Below are positions 39,291 through 48,689 of a stretch of DNA of 64,000 bases, piece by piece. Source of the stretch: Dehalococcoidia bacterium (GTDB lineage: Bacteria; Chloroflexota; Dehalococcoidia; Lucifugimonadales; VXLM01); contig OZ251484.1 in the NCBI GenBank assembly GCA_965242665.1, forward strand, positions 1,843,531-1,907,530, in the 5' to 3' direction. Position numbers and translations under genes: made by a program. How positions within the stretch are numbered: position 1 is the first letter of the stretch; each line of letters opens with the position of its first letter. The notes beneath the pieces were generated by a model. That model was not told the DNA's origin, did not search any database, and worked only from the letters and a program-made list of their open reading frames with translations.

Positions 39291-40397
39291 GTGAAGATCG
39301 AACGACTCGACGTCTACTATGTGAAGATGCCGCTCATCTACCCGTGGCGGACTGCCTACGGCGTAGACTACGACATCCACAGCGTTCTCGTGCGCGCGAC
39401 GGGGAATGGGCATACGTCCTGGTCGGAGTCGACGCCGTTCTTCGCGCCGACGTATCTCCCGGAGAGCGCGGGATCCGTCTTCTATCACGTCACCGAGGTG
39501 TTCGGTCCGCACGTGGTTGGGCGAGAGTACGAAACCGCCCAGGAACTGAACGACCGTCTCTCCGTCTTCAAGGGCAACTCCTTCGCCAAGGCGGCCATCG
39601 AGATACTCTGGTGGACTTTGCAGAGCGCCGTCACGGGAACTCCCGTCCATCGCCTATTGGGCGGCGAGACGCGGGAAGTTGCCGCGGGCGCCGATTTCGG
39701 CATCCAAGATTCGTTCGACATGCTCTTGGGCAACATCCAACAGGCCGTCGACGCCGGATTCCCGCGAATCAAGCTCAAGGTCGCCCCTGGATGGGACCTC
39801 GAAATGCTCGAGGTCGTTACCTCCACATTCCCAACTACTACCTTTCATATCGACTGCAACTCCGGCTACACCCTCGACGATCTGCCGTTCTTCAAGGCCA
39901 TCGACGATATGGGCCTGGCGTTCATCGAGCAGCCTCTGCATTATGCGGACGTGCTCGACCACGCCGAGCTTGCAAAGCGCATCCGCACTCCCATTTGCTT
40001 GGACGAGACCATCGTCAGCGTTCGAGCTGCAGAGCAAGCCCTCCGCGTCGGCGCGGCGCAATACATGAACATCAAGCCTGGACGCATTGGGGGGCTGAGC
40101 AACGCCCTCGCCGTCCACGACCTCTGCCGCGATGCCGGCGTCCCCGTTTGGGTGGGGGGGATGCTGGAGAGCGCCTTGGGCGGCGCTCTGTGCGTCGAGG
40201 TTGCGACGCTGCCAAACTTCACGTATCCGGGTGACCTGTTTCCGTCGTCGCGCTTCTACGAACGCGACCTCGCCGATCCGCCGATGGAATTGACCGAACG
40301 ATTGACATTTCGCCCCTTCACCGACGGACTCCCCCGACCCGACCCCGACCGGCTCGGCGCGCAAACAGTCCACTCCAAGACGATCCTCCCAGAATGA
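39291..40397 (+). CDS. menC: o-Succinylbenzoate synthase / N-succinylamino acid racemase (enolase superfamily, NSAR/OSBS type)
   Basis: RIKLK, HIDCN, FIEQP, CLDE, NIKPGRIGG, WVGGMLES, PGD. Confidence 0.85.
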   Translation: MKIERLDVYYVKMPLIYPWRTAYGVDYDIHSVLVRATGNGHTSWSESTPFFAPTYLPESAGSVFYHVTEVFGPHVVGREYETAQELNDRLSVFKGNSFAKAAIEILWWTLQSAVTGTPVHRLLGGETREVAAGADFGIQDSFDMLLGNIQQAVDAGFPRIKLKVAPGWDLEMLEVVTSTFPTTTFHIDCNSGYTLDDLPFFKAIDDMGLAFIEQPLHYADVLDHAELAKRIRTPICLDETIVSVRAAEQALRVGAAQYMNIKPGRIGGLSNALAVHDLCRDAGVPVWVGGMLESALGGALCVEVATLPNFTYPGDLFPSSRFYERDLADPPMELTERLTFRPFTDGLPRPDPDRLGAQTVHSKTILPE

Positions 40398-40458
40398 CGG
40401 ACGATGCGTCTTGGTATACTATGGGAGACGAGACTCCGCGGCCCCATAGGGAGGTGAC

Positions 40459-41535
40459 ATGATAGATCGAGACCGGTTGGTGAAGACGTTCTGCGACCTC
40501 GTGCAGATTGGCAGCGAGTCTGGCAACGAGGACGCCAAAGCGGCCGACATGGCTCGCCGGCTTGGTGAGCTCGGCTTCGACGTGGAAACGGACGGCTACG
40601 GCAATCTCATCGCGCACGAAGACGGCGACGACCCATTCATGCTCTCCGGACATCTCGATACGGTGTCTCCAGGCAATGGAATCCGGCCCGTAGTGGACGG
40701 AGACCGGATCACGTCCGACGGGATGACCATCGGCGGCGGCGACGACAACGCAGGACTGGCGATCATCCTCGAAACCCTCGCCTCCATGGCGGAGGATGGA
40801 ACCCGCAGGCGCCCCGTCGAAGTAGTCCTCACTCGGGAAGAAGAGCCCGGCTTGGTCGGCGCTCACAAGCTGGATTTCACGAAGATTAGGTCGAAGGAGT
40901 CGATCGTCTTCGACCGAGAAGGCCCCGTCAATCGCATCACCTTGGCAAGTCCGACCTACGTCGCCTATGACATCACGGTTACCGGCCGTGCCGCACACGC
41001 GGGCATCGAGCCCGAAAATGGCATATCCGCAATTCGCATCGCATCCGAAATCGTCGTGCGTCTGCCGCAGGGCCGACTCGACGAGGAAACGACCTTCAGC
41101 GTTGGAACGATCGAGGGCGGATCCACCAGAAACACGGTGCCCCAGATCGCCACCCTCACCGGAGAGTTTCGCACCATCAATATGGAGACCCTCGACAACC
41201 TACTCCTCGAAATCGAGAACGTATTGGCGGATGTAAGCGCCCAGCATCCGGACGCCTCTGTTAGCAGCGACGTCTATCCGAAGTTCAAGACATTCCGCAT
41301 CGACGAGAACCATCCAACGACCAAGCGCGTCGTAGCCGCGCTCGACGCCATCGGACTCGAACCTGACTTTCGCCTGTCCGGAGGAGGAAGCGATGCCAAC
41401 GTCTTCTGGCAGCGCGGCATCGCCGCGATCGTGTGTGGCATGGCAGACTACAATATGCACACCCTGCAGGAGTACGTGGTGATCCCCGAGCTGGTACAGT
41501 GCGTCGAGTTCTGCAGGGAGCTCGTCAAGGCCTAG
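40459..41535 (+). CDS. M20/M25/M40 family metallopeptidase (PepT-like)
   Basis: HLDTV, GGDDNAG, EEE, GRAAHAG, GGSDAN, H near C-terminus. Confidence 0.88.
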   Translation: MIDRDRLVKTFCDLVQIGSESGNEDAKAADMARRLGELGFDVETDGYGNLIAHEDGDDPFMLSGHLDTVSPGNGIRPVVDGDRITSDGMTIGGGDDNAGLAIILETLASMAEDGTRRRPVEVVLTREEEPGLVGAHKLDFTKIRSKESIVFDREGPVNRITLASPTYVAYDITVTGRAAHAGIEPENGISAIRIASEIVVRLPQGRLDEETTFSVGTIEGGSTRNTVPQIATLTGEFRTINMETLDNLLLEIENVLADVSAQHPDASVSSDVYPKFKTFRIDENHPTTKRVVAALDAIGLEPDFRLSGGGSDANVFWQRGIAAIVCGMADYNMHTLQEYVVIPELVQCVEFCRELVKA

Positions 41536-41537
41536 CC

Positions 41538-42851
41538 ATGCTAGTGCGCCTCGCGTATGGACGCAGCGGACTCACGGTCGATCTGCCAGACGACCGCACC
41601 ACCATCGTAGAGCCGACGTATGTGCCCGGGCTGCCAGACCCGCAGAGTGCGATCCGCAACGCCCTGCGCAATCCCTTGGGAGGCGGGCCCAGCCTGAGGC
41701 GCTTGGTGAAGGCGGGGCAGACCGTAGCGGTCTCCGTGTGCGACGGCACCCGCCCAATGCCGTCGAAGGTCGTCCTTCCGGCGCTCATGCGCGAGCTGGC
41801 GCACGTGCGCGCAGACCATATCACGATACTCGTTGCCGCCGGGACTCACCGCCCCAATACCCCCGATGAGCTCGAAGAGATGCTCGGGGCAGACATCACG
41901 AGCAACTACCGAGTCGTCAATCACGACGCATTCGACGCTCGGACGCTGGAGCGCGCGGGCGAGTCCTCGGAAGGAATTCCGATCTGGCTCAACCGCCGGT
42001 GGCTGGCGGCAGATGTCCGGATCACCACGGGATTCGTCGAGCCCCATTTCTTCGCAGGATTTAGCGGCGGCCCGAAGATGGTCGCGCCCGGTCTCGCGGG
42101 ATTCGAAACGACCATGCACTTGCACAACGCGGAACGGATCGGGCATCCGATGGCCGTGTGGGGCGTAACCCTCGGCAATCCCGTCCACGACTCGATCCGC
42201 GAAATCGCTTCCACTACCGGCGTCGACTTCAGCGTCGATGTGACCATCAACCGCGACGGCAAGATCACCAGTGTCTACGCGGGGGATCTGTTTCGAGTTC
42301 ACGCCGCAGCGTGCCGCTCCGCCAAGAACACGGCAATGCAGAAGGTAGATGGGCGGTTCGACGTGGTCGTGACGACGAACAGCGGATATCCTCTCGACCA
42401 AAACCTCTATCAGGCCGTCAAGGGAATGTCCGCGGCCGCGCAGATCGTCGAGGATGGAGGAACGATCGTCTGCGCCGCAGAATGCAGAGACGGCATCCCA
42501 GAGCATGGGCAGTACCAGAAGCTGCTAGGGATGCGGGACTCGCCCGAAGAGTTGTTGCAGATGATTACCGCCCCGGGACATGCCGTCCACGATCAATGGC
42601 AAGTGCAGCTGCAAGCACAGATACAGATGAGGGCGCGCGTGTGCCTGAAGTCCGAATACCTAACGCGCGAGCAGGTCACGCAGGCGCATCTAACGCCGGT
42701 CGAGAGTATCGAGGATGCCGTTGCAGAAGCCCTGCGGTCGAGCGGCGAAGACGGGCGGGTCTGCGTCCTTCCGGAAGGGCCGCAGACGATCCCATACGCG
42801 GTAGAAGGGACCGCGGAGCCCCGCGGCCCCTTCTACCCAATCTTCGGCTAG
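41538..42851 (+). CDS. LarA (nickel-dependent lactate racemase) family protein
   Basis: [30 protein letters not shown]-x-N-x-YQ-x-x-K motif, GTIV. Confidence 0.88.
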   Translation: MLVRLAYGRSGLTVDLPDDRTTIVEPTYVPGLPDPQSAIRNALRNPLGGGPSLRRLVKAGQTVAVSVCDGTRPMPSKVVLPALMRELAHVRADHITILVAAGTHRPNTPDELEEMLGADITSNYRVVNHDAFDARTLERAGESSEGIPIWLNRRWLAADVRITTGFVEPHFFAGFSGGPKMVAPGLAGFETTMHLHNAERIGHPMAVWGVTLGNPVHDSIREIASTTGVDFSVDVTINRDGKITSVYAGDLFRVHAAACRSAKNTAMQKVDGRFDVVVTTNSGYPLDQNLYQAVKGMSAAAQIVEDGGTIVCAAECRDGIPEHGQYQKLLGMRDSPEELLQMITAPGHAVHDQWQVQLQAQIQMRARVCLKSEYLTREQVTQAHLTPVESIEDAVAEALRSSGEDGRVCVLPEGPQTIPYAVEGTAEPRGPFYPIFG

Positions 42852-43240
42852 GTGATGGCGACGGTCGCGCCGGCCTCTTCCAAAGCCGACTTGGACTCCT
42901 CCGCCTCCTCCTTGCTCACACCCTCCTTGATATTGGAGGGCAGGTTCTCGACCACCTCTTTCGCTTCCTTGAGGCCGAGTGACGTCATGGCGCGAACCGC
43001 CTTGATGACGTTGATCTTCTTTTCTCCGAAGTCTTTGAGGACGACGGTGAACTCCGTTTGTTCCTCTTCCTCGGCCGCTGCCGCCCCGTTCGAGCCGTCG
43101 GCGGCAACAGGCGCTGCCGCTACCGCCATGGGCGCAGCCGCACTCACGCCAAAAGTCTCCTCGAGCTCTTTGACGAGGTCGGCCAACTCAACCACCGTCA
43201 TCCCTTTGATAGCTTCCAGTATTTCCTCTTTCGTTGCCAT
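42848..43240 (-). CDS. rplL: 50S ribosomal protein L7/L12
   Basis: KINVIKAVR...LGLKEAK. Confidence 0.98.
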   Translation of the reverse strand: MATKEEILEAIKGMTVVELADLVKELEETFGVSAAAPMAVAAAPVAADGSNGAAAAEEEEQTEFTVVLKDFGEKKINVIKAVRAMTSLGLKEAKEVVENLPSNIKEGVSKEEAEESKSALEEAGATVAIT

Positions 43241-43319
43241 GAGAATTCGCTCCTTGCTGATTTCCGTAGTTTGGGTTGTTCTGCTTGCCCTACTAGGGGT
43301 GAATTTGAATGGCGCCGTT

Positions 43320-43883
43320 TTATTCGGATGCGCCGGCCTTCTGATCTGCGATTGCCTTCAACGCGGTCACCAAGCCGACTTGCGGAGCGTTCAGCACGTA
43401 TGCCAAATTCCGCATGGGAGCTTGCAGCGTCCCTAACAGTCCCGTGATGGGGAATTGGAGTTGCCCCAGTAGCTGGGACAATACCACTTCCTTGGATGGC
43501 AGAGTGGTGAGATGGTCGACTTCCTCGGCCGTTAGCGTCTTGCCGCCCAATACGGCGCCGGTGATGACCATGCGCGCGCGCGTCGCGGCGAGGTGATCCG
43601 TCAATATCTTTGCCGCCGTGGACGGCTCCCCGAACCCGAAGACGATGCCGGTCGGGCCCTTGACGATATCCTTGATCTCAGGCGCCCCGGCTTGATCGGC
43701 AGCGATGTACGCAAGAGTGTTCTTCACGACGCGCAAGCGTATCCCATTCTCTCGTAGGACGCGCCGGAGATCGGTCATGTCCGGTACGGACATGCCGTTG
43801 TTGTACGCGCCGATGGCGATAGTCGCCGCATCGATCAACTCTCGTATCTCGCGTATCTGTTCTTCTTTTGCGGGTGTTGGCAC
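43320..43883 (-). CDS. rplJ: 50S ribosomal protein L10
   Basis: [13 protein letters not shown]; GTG start after GGAAAGG. Confidence 0.95.
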   Translation of the reverse strand: MPTPAKEEQIREIRELIDAATIAIGAYNNGMSVPDMTDLRRVLRENGIRLRVVKNTLAYIAADQAGAPEIKDIVKGPTGIVFGFGEPSTAAKILTDHLAATRARMVITGAVLGGKTLTAEEVDHLTTLPSKEVVLSQLLGQLQFPITGLLGTLQAPMRNLAYVLNAPQVGLVTALKAIADQKAGASE

Positions 43884-43934
43884 TGTATTCACCTTTCCGT
43901 TTTCGTTCGACCCGTCGTCAGACGGAAGGCCAAA

Positions 43935-44073
43935 CAAAAATCCTCGAGCCGGAGACTCGAGGCGTCGGAATGTGAAACCGGCCGCGTTTCGCCTGCGGCA
44001 AGTTTCCTATCTCGGCAACCTCGGCGGGCCTCGAAGAGTTTACTCCGCCAGAGGCGGAACCCACTGTCTACGG
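43935..44073 (-). ncRNA. Ribosomal protein L10 leader (autoregulatory 5' UTR)
   Basis: Located between rplA and rplJ; begins CCGTAGACAG, as L10 leaders typically do; multi-hairpin. 3' boundary approximate. Confidence 0.55.
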
Positions 44074-44084
44074 CACTGCGTGTT

Positions 44085-44798
44085 CTATTCTACTGTAATG
44101 GTCGTTAGGGCCGCAACATCCAAAGCGATGCTCGGCCCCATCGTGCTGGCAAGATATGCGGCGATGACGAACTGTCCCTTGACCCCGCTCGGGCGCGAGC
44201 GGGTGATGTTGTCCATGATCGACGACAAATTCTCCAGAAGATGGGTCTCGTCGAAACTCGCCTTGCCAATGGCCAGGTGCATCAGCCCCGTGCGGTCGAG
44301 GCGGTACTCGACGCGCCCTTTCTTGGACTCGCTGATGACGCGCGGAAGATCGTCGGCTTGGACGACGGTTCCCGTCCTCGGGTTGGGCATAAGGCCGCGC
44401 CGACCCAAGTACCGCCCCAGCCGTCCTATCCTGCTCATCATGTCCGGAGTCGCAATGGCAACGTCGAAATCGACCCAGCCGTCCTCGACTCGCTTGACTA
44501 GGTCGTCGCTCCCAACGAAATCCGCTCCGGACTGCTCGGCTACCGCGGCGGCCTCGCCCTCCGTGAAGACCGTTACCCTCACCGGCTTGCCGATGCCGTG
44601 CGGAAGGACGGCCACACCGCGCACGACCTGATCCGCGCGCTGCGGATCCGCTCCAGTGCGGAGATGGAGCTCCACCGTCTCGTCGAATCCCGCAGTCGCA
44701 GTCTGCTTGACGAGGCGAACTGCTTCCTCCGGCCGGTAGATTCTCCCCGGGTCGACGAGTTCCTTTGCGGCTGCGTATCGCTTGGTTGCTGTTGTCAT
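44085..44798 (-). CDS. rplA: 50S ribosomal protein L1
   Basis: FDETVE, LPHGIGK, GLMPNPRTGTV, STMGPS. Confidence 0.98.
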   Translation of the reverse strand: MTTATKRYAAAKELVDPGRIYRPEEAVRLVKQTATAGFDETVELHLRTGADPQRADQVVRGVAVLPHGIGKPVRVTVFTEGEAAAVAEQSGADFVGSDDLVKRVEDGWVDFDVAIATPDMMSRIGRLGRYLGRRGLMPNPRTGTVVQADDLPRVISESKKGRVEYRLDRTGLMHLAIGKASFDETHLLENLSSIMDNITRSRPSGVKGQFVIAAYLASTMGPSIALDVAALTTITVE

Positions 44799-44840
44799 GG
44801 GTTCATCCTCGTCATGTCTGCGTGGAGTAGGCTCCGAAAG

Positions 44841-45266
44841 TTAGCGTTGGACCTGGATGCCGATGCTCCGCGCCGTTCCTTCGATGATCTTCATGGCGCC
44901 GTCGATGTCGGCGGCGTTCAGGTCTTGCATCTTCGTCTGTGCAATCTGCCGCACCTGTTCGGATGTCACGGTTCCCCTCTTCTCGGCCAAGGGGTTCCCG
45001 CTGCCCTTTTCGATCCCCGCGGCTTGTAAGAGCAAAGACGCGGCCGGAGGAGACTTGAGGATGAACGTAAACGAACTATCCTCGAATATCGTCAGCTCCA
45101 CCGGTACGATCATCCCCATCTGTTGCGCTGTGCGCGCGTTGTACTCTTTGACGAACGCCATGATGTTCAAGCCGTGCTGCCCAAGAGCAGGGCCCACAGG
45201 GGGAGCCGGAGTTGCCTTCCCCGCTTCGATTTGCAGCTTGATGACGGCCCTGACCTTCTTAGCCAA
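44841..45266 (-). CDS. rplK: 50S ribosomal protein L11
   Basis: [16 protein letters not shown]. Confidence 0.98.
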   Translation of the reverse strand: MAKKVRAVIKLQIEAGKATPAPPVGPALGQHGLNIMAFVKEYNARTAQQMGMIVPVELTIFEDSSFTFILKSPPAASLLLQAAGIEKGSGNPLAEKRGTVTSEQVRQIAQTKMQDLNAADIDGAMKIIEGTARSIGIQVQR

Positions 45267-45316
45267 TGTGATCTCCTGACTGTAGTGCGTTTAGGGATAG
45301 ACTGGGGACCTTGCGG

Positions 45317-45877
45317 TCAGCTCTTTTCCACCTGCAGGAAGTCTAGCTCCACAGGCGTTTCTCGCCCGAAGAACGATACGAGCACCTTGAGCTTGGATCG
45401 TTCCGGGTAGACCTCGTCGACGGATCCCATGAAGTCCATGAACGGGCCGTCGACGATTCTCACCATCTGACCCTTCTCGAATCCCACGCGCACGCGGGGT
45501 TGTGCGGACTTCATGTGGTTCAGGATGGAGTCGACCTCGCTTTGCTCCAACGGCACCGGTTTCGGGCGTTTCTCGAGTTCGTCTTCTACCGAAATGAACC
45601 CAGTCACGCCGGGAGTGTTCCGCACGACGTACCAGCTCTCGTCGTTCATTTCCATTTCGACGAGGATGTAACCGGGGAACACGCGGCGAGCAACAGACGT
45701 CCGCTTGCCTTCCTTGATCTCGATCTCTTCCTCCGTCGGAACGACAACTTGGAATATCTTGTCGCCAACGTCCATGGACTCTATTCGCAGGGTGAGGTTC
45801 TTCTGGACGCGGTCTTCCTGTCCTGAGTACGTGTGGACGATGTACCAGCGGCGGTCTGTCGTTTCTGTCGTGCTCAT
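45317..45877 (-). CDS. nusG: Transcription termination/antitermination factor NusG
   Basis: WYIVHTYSGQE, FPGYILVEM, KOW GPFMDF, FFGRETPVEL. Confidence 0.98.
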   Translation of the reverse strand: MSTTETTDRRWYIVHTYSGQEDRVQKNLTLRIESMDVGDKIFQVVVPTEEEIEIKEGKRTSVARRVFPGYILVEMEMNDESWYVVRNTPGVTGFISVEDELEKRPKPVPLEQSEVDSILNHMKSAQPRVRVGFEKGQMVRIVDGPFMDFMGSVDEVYPERSKLKVLVSFFGRETPVELDFLQVEKS

Positions 45878-45878
45878 T

Positions 45879-46115
45879 TCATATCCCCAAGATCACGTCC
45901 ATCAGCCGCGCGAACAGCAGATCCACAGCACTCAGAAATGCCCCGATAGCAGCCGAAACTGCGATCACCATCAAGGTCAGGCGCATCGTCTCTTCCCGCG
46001 ATGGCCACGTAACCCGCTTCAACTCCTGATACGACTCGGAGATGAAGCGGAGGCTCAATCCTCTCCTTGCTTGTCCTGCGCCTGATTGTCTTCCTGCCAA
46101 TGGGTTGCGGGCCAT
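45879..46115 (-). CDS. secE: Preprotein translocase subunit SecE
   Basis: ELKRVTWPS plus one TM; canonical position. Confidence 0.95.
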   Translation of the reverse strand: MARNPLAGRQSGAGQARRGLSLRFISESYQELKRVTWPSREETMRLTLMVIAVSAAIGAFLSAVDLLFARLMDVILGI

Positions 46116-46118
46116 GGG

Positions 46119-46286
46119 CTACCTCACCTCCCGGTGCGGTGTGTGCTTGCGGCAGCGCGGGCAGAACTTTTTGAGCTCCAACCGCTCCGGGTCGTTGCGC
46201 CGGTTCTTGCTCGAGTGGTACGTCCGCTCTCGACAGTCGACGCAGCCCAAGTTTATCAGGATGCGGGTGTCTCCTCTGCGGGGCAT
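46119..46286 (-). CDS. rpmG: 50S ribosomal protein L33 (Zn-binding C+ type, 55 aa)
   Basis: Hand translation [55 protein letters not shown]. Confidence 0.96.
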   Translation of the reverse strand: MPRRGDTRILINLGCVDCRERTYHSSKNRRNDPERLELKKFCPRCRKHTPHREVR

Positions 46287-46358
46287 GGCTTCCTCTTTCG
46301 GGTGCGGAATTGGCGGGCGGGCCGCAGATGCGTCTGCCCGCCAATTCTCCGCTGGTCG

Positions 46359-47558
46359 CTATTCCTTGATCGCCGTGAAGACTCCGGATCCGACGGTGCG
46401 TCCGCCTTCGCGGACGGCGAACCGCAGCTGATCCGTCATGGCCACCGGCGTCGTGAGATTGATGTCCATCTCGATGTTGTCCCCGGGCATGACCATCTCC
46501 ACGCCGTCGGGGAGCTTGATCTCGCCAGTGACGTCGGTTGTGCGGATATAGAACTGAGGCTTGTATCCGCTGAAGAACGGCGTGTGCCGCCCGCCTTCTT
46601 CCTTCGTCAAGACGTACACTTGGGCGCTGGCGCTCGTATGGGGGGTTACGCTCCCAGGCGCCGCGAGAACTTGCCCGCGCTCGACCTCGTCCCGATCGAC
46701 ACCGCGAAGGAGGAGCCCAACGGCATCGCCCGGCTCGGCCTCGTCGAGCATCTTGTGGAACATCTCGACTCCAGTCACGACAGTGCTGCTGGTCTCCTTG
46801 ATGCCTACGACGTCGACGGTGTCACCTACCTTGATGACCCCCTGCTCGACACGGCCGGTGACCACAGTGCCGCGCCCCTTGATGCTGAACACGTCCTCGA
46901 CGGGCATCAAGAACGGCTGGTCCCTGGGGCGGTCCGGAACGGGGACGTAGCTGTCGACGGCATCCATCAACTCCCAAATGCCGCTGCCCCATTCGGAATC
47001 TCTGGACATGTCGTTCGCTTCGAGCGCATTGAGCGCGCTGACCCGGACGAAGGGAATGTCATCTCCTGGGAAACCGTATTCCGTGAGCAGTTCGCGCATC
47101 TCTATCTCGACCAGCTCGAGCAGCTCCTCGTCGTCCATCATGTCCACTTTGTTCAGGGCGACGACGATGGCGGGCACCTCCACCTGCCGCGCAAGCAGGA
47201 TGTGCTCGCGGGTCTGCGGCATCGGGCCGTCAGGCGCGCTCACGACGAGGATTGCGCCGTCCATCTGCGCGGCGCCGGTGATCATGTTCTTGATGTAGTC
47301 CGCGTGGCCAGGACAGTCGACGTGGGCGTAGTGCCGCCCCTCCGTCGCATACTCCACATGCGTAATCGCGATGGTCACGCCGCGCTCTTTCTCTTCCGGC
47401 GCGTTGTCGATGCTGTCGAACTCGCGGAAGTCGGCAAGCCCGGCGTTCGCCAGAGTCTTGGTGATGGCCGCGGTCAGTGTGGTCTTCCCATGGTCGACGT
47501 GACCAATCGTGCCCACGTTCAAGTGCGGCTTATCCCGTACGAATCGTTCCTTCGCCAT
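46359..47558 (-). CDS. tuf: Elongation factor Tu
   Basis: [24 protein letters not shown]. Confidence 0.99.
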   Translation of the reverse strand: MAKERFVRDKPHLNVGTIGHVDHGKTTLTAAITKTLANAGLADFREFDSIDNAPEEKERGVTIAITHVEYATEGRHYAHVDCPGHADYIKNMITGAAQMDGAILVVSAPDGPMPQTREHILLARQVEVPAIVVALNKVDMMDDEELLELVEIEMRELLTEYGFPGDDIPFVRVSALNALEANDMSRDSEWGSGIWELMDAVDSYVPVPDRPRDQPFLMPVEDVFSIKGRGTVVTGRVEQGVIKVGDTVDVVGIKETSSTVVTGVEMFHKMLDEAEPGDAVGLLLRGVDRDEVERGQVLAAPGSVTPHTSASAQVYVLTKEEGGRHTPFFSGYKPQFYIRTTDVTGEIKLPDGVEMVMPGDNIEMDINLTTPVAMTDQLRFAVREGGRTVGSGVFTAIKE

Positions 47559-47609
47559 TTCCTGTCTCCTGTATTTGTGCTCTCTGTTGCGCCCGCAGTC
47601 GAAAGTTTG

Positions 47610-47685
47610 TGGAGCCCTCAAGCAGACTCGAACTGCTGACCTCGTTCTTACCAAGAACGCGCTCTGCCTCCTGAGCTATGAGGGC
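47610..47685 (-). tRNA. tRNA-Thr(GGT)
   Basis: GCCCTCA...CGTTC-TTGGTAA-GAACG...GAGGGCTCCA. Confidence 0.96.
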
Positions 47686-47720
47686 GCGGCACCTTCCTTT
47701 CAGAACGGACTACGGCTCTT

Positions 47721-47807
47721 TGGTGCAGGGAGTAGGATTCGAACCTACGTAGCCCTTCGGGCGCCAGATTTACAGTCTGGTGGATTTAACCACTCTCCCA
47801 TCCCTGC
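47721..47807 (-). tRNA. tRNA-Tyr(GTA)
   Basis: CCAGA-CTGTAAA-TCTGG anticodon arm, long variable arm, encoded CCA. Confidence 0.96.
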
Positions 47808-47921
47808 ACAAGGCCAACAACCATTTTAGTCTAGCATAGCGAGGTTTTCATTCTCAAGGTATCCCAAGCCTCGGTTTCCCTCAAAGCGCAGCGGCTTTCC
47901 TTTTTCGGTATAGTACAGAAG

Positions 47922-47995
47922 AGCCCCAGGGGGGACTCGAACCCTCCAACCTGCCGATTACAAATCGGCTGCGCTGCCGATTGCGCCACTGGGGC
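47922..47995 (-). tRNA. tRNA-Thr(TGT)
   Basis: GCCCCAG...GCCGA-TTTGTAA-TCGGC...CTGGGGCT; CCA not encoded. Confidence 0.95.
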
Positions 47996-48091
47996 CCGGC
48001 GGATTCTGTCAACAAGAAGGGCTAGCGTCAAACCAGCCCGTATCTCATTCTAATACATGAGAAGGAACTCGGTCAACGGTTTTGCTCCAGA

Positions 48092-48480
48092 GGTTTCGTT
48101 CGATCTATTGGCATGACGGATCGGGGACGGCAACTCCAAAAATCCGATGCGACCTGGGCGCAGTCCGTGCCGAGGGAAAGGAAACGGAACGCCGTTGCCT
48201 CTCACGCGCGCGTGCGCACGCGCGGGCACGAGTTTTCGTTGCGCCCTGTCGTATCCTGTTGCATTGTGTCGAATTCTGTCGGATTCTGCCGATCGCGAGT
48301 TTGGCATCGTCTCTTGATGTATGTTGCGATTGGGGGTGGAGGACGGGTGACGGTTTGGGGCGCGGAGTGACGCGGTCGGCAGTTTGCATGTCTCGGGCAT
48401 GGGTCGGCCTCCTCGGGGTCTGGTTTCGCATAGCGGTCATAATCCCAGAATAGTACACAAGTTCTGTTCTGTCAAATGTG
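48092..48480 (-). repeat. Dispersed element copy B (promoter TTGACA-N17-TATTCT, box AGAAC-TTGT-GTACT, RBS/ATG 48400, 10-bp repeats, hairpin)
   Basis: Collinear with 2491-2900. -35 at 48470-48475, -10 at 48447-48452, box at 48452-48465, hairpin at 48092-48191. Confidence 0.8.
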
Positions 48481-48689
48481 AATCGGTTGGTTCGATTTGT
48501 CTGTGCGGGTATGGCGTGCTGGTCGGTGGAGATGGTTGGGTGGTCGATGGAAATGGCGGGGAGGCGATTTGCCGTCTGTGAACAACCCGCCGAGATGGAG
48601 TAGGTGCTGGCGTGTGGTCTACATGCGGGAGGTCGGACGGTTTACGCGGGGGCAGCGCGAGGAGGCGTGAGCGCCCGGCACGGCGCGGC

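Noticed and set aside
48050-48400. 116-aa ORF in cassette B as a bona fide protein homologous to 2437-2820
   Set aside because: Not accepted as a confident CDS. The shared CGGCAYGG segment is read in different frames in the two copies and the 10-bp repeats are frame-incompatible, which favours nucleotide-level constraint. Kept only as an alternative hypothesis.
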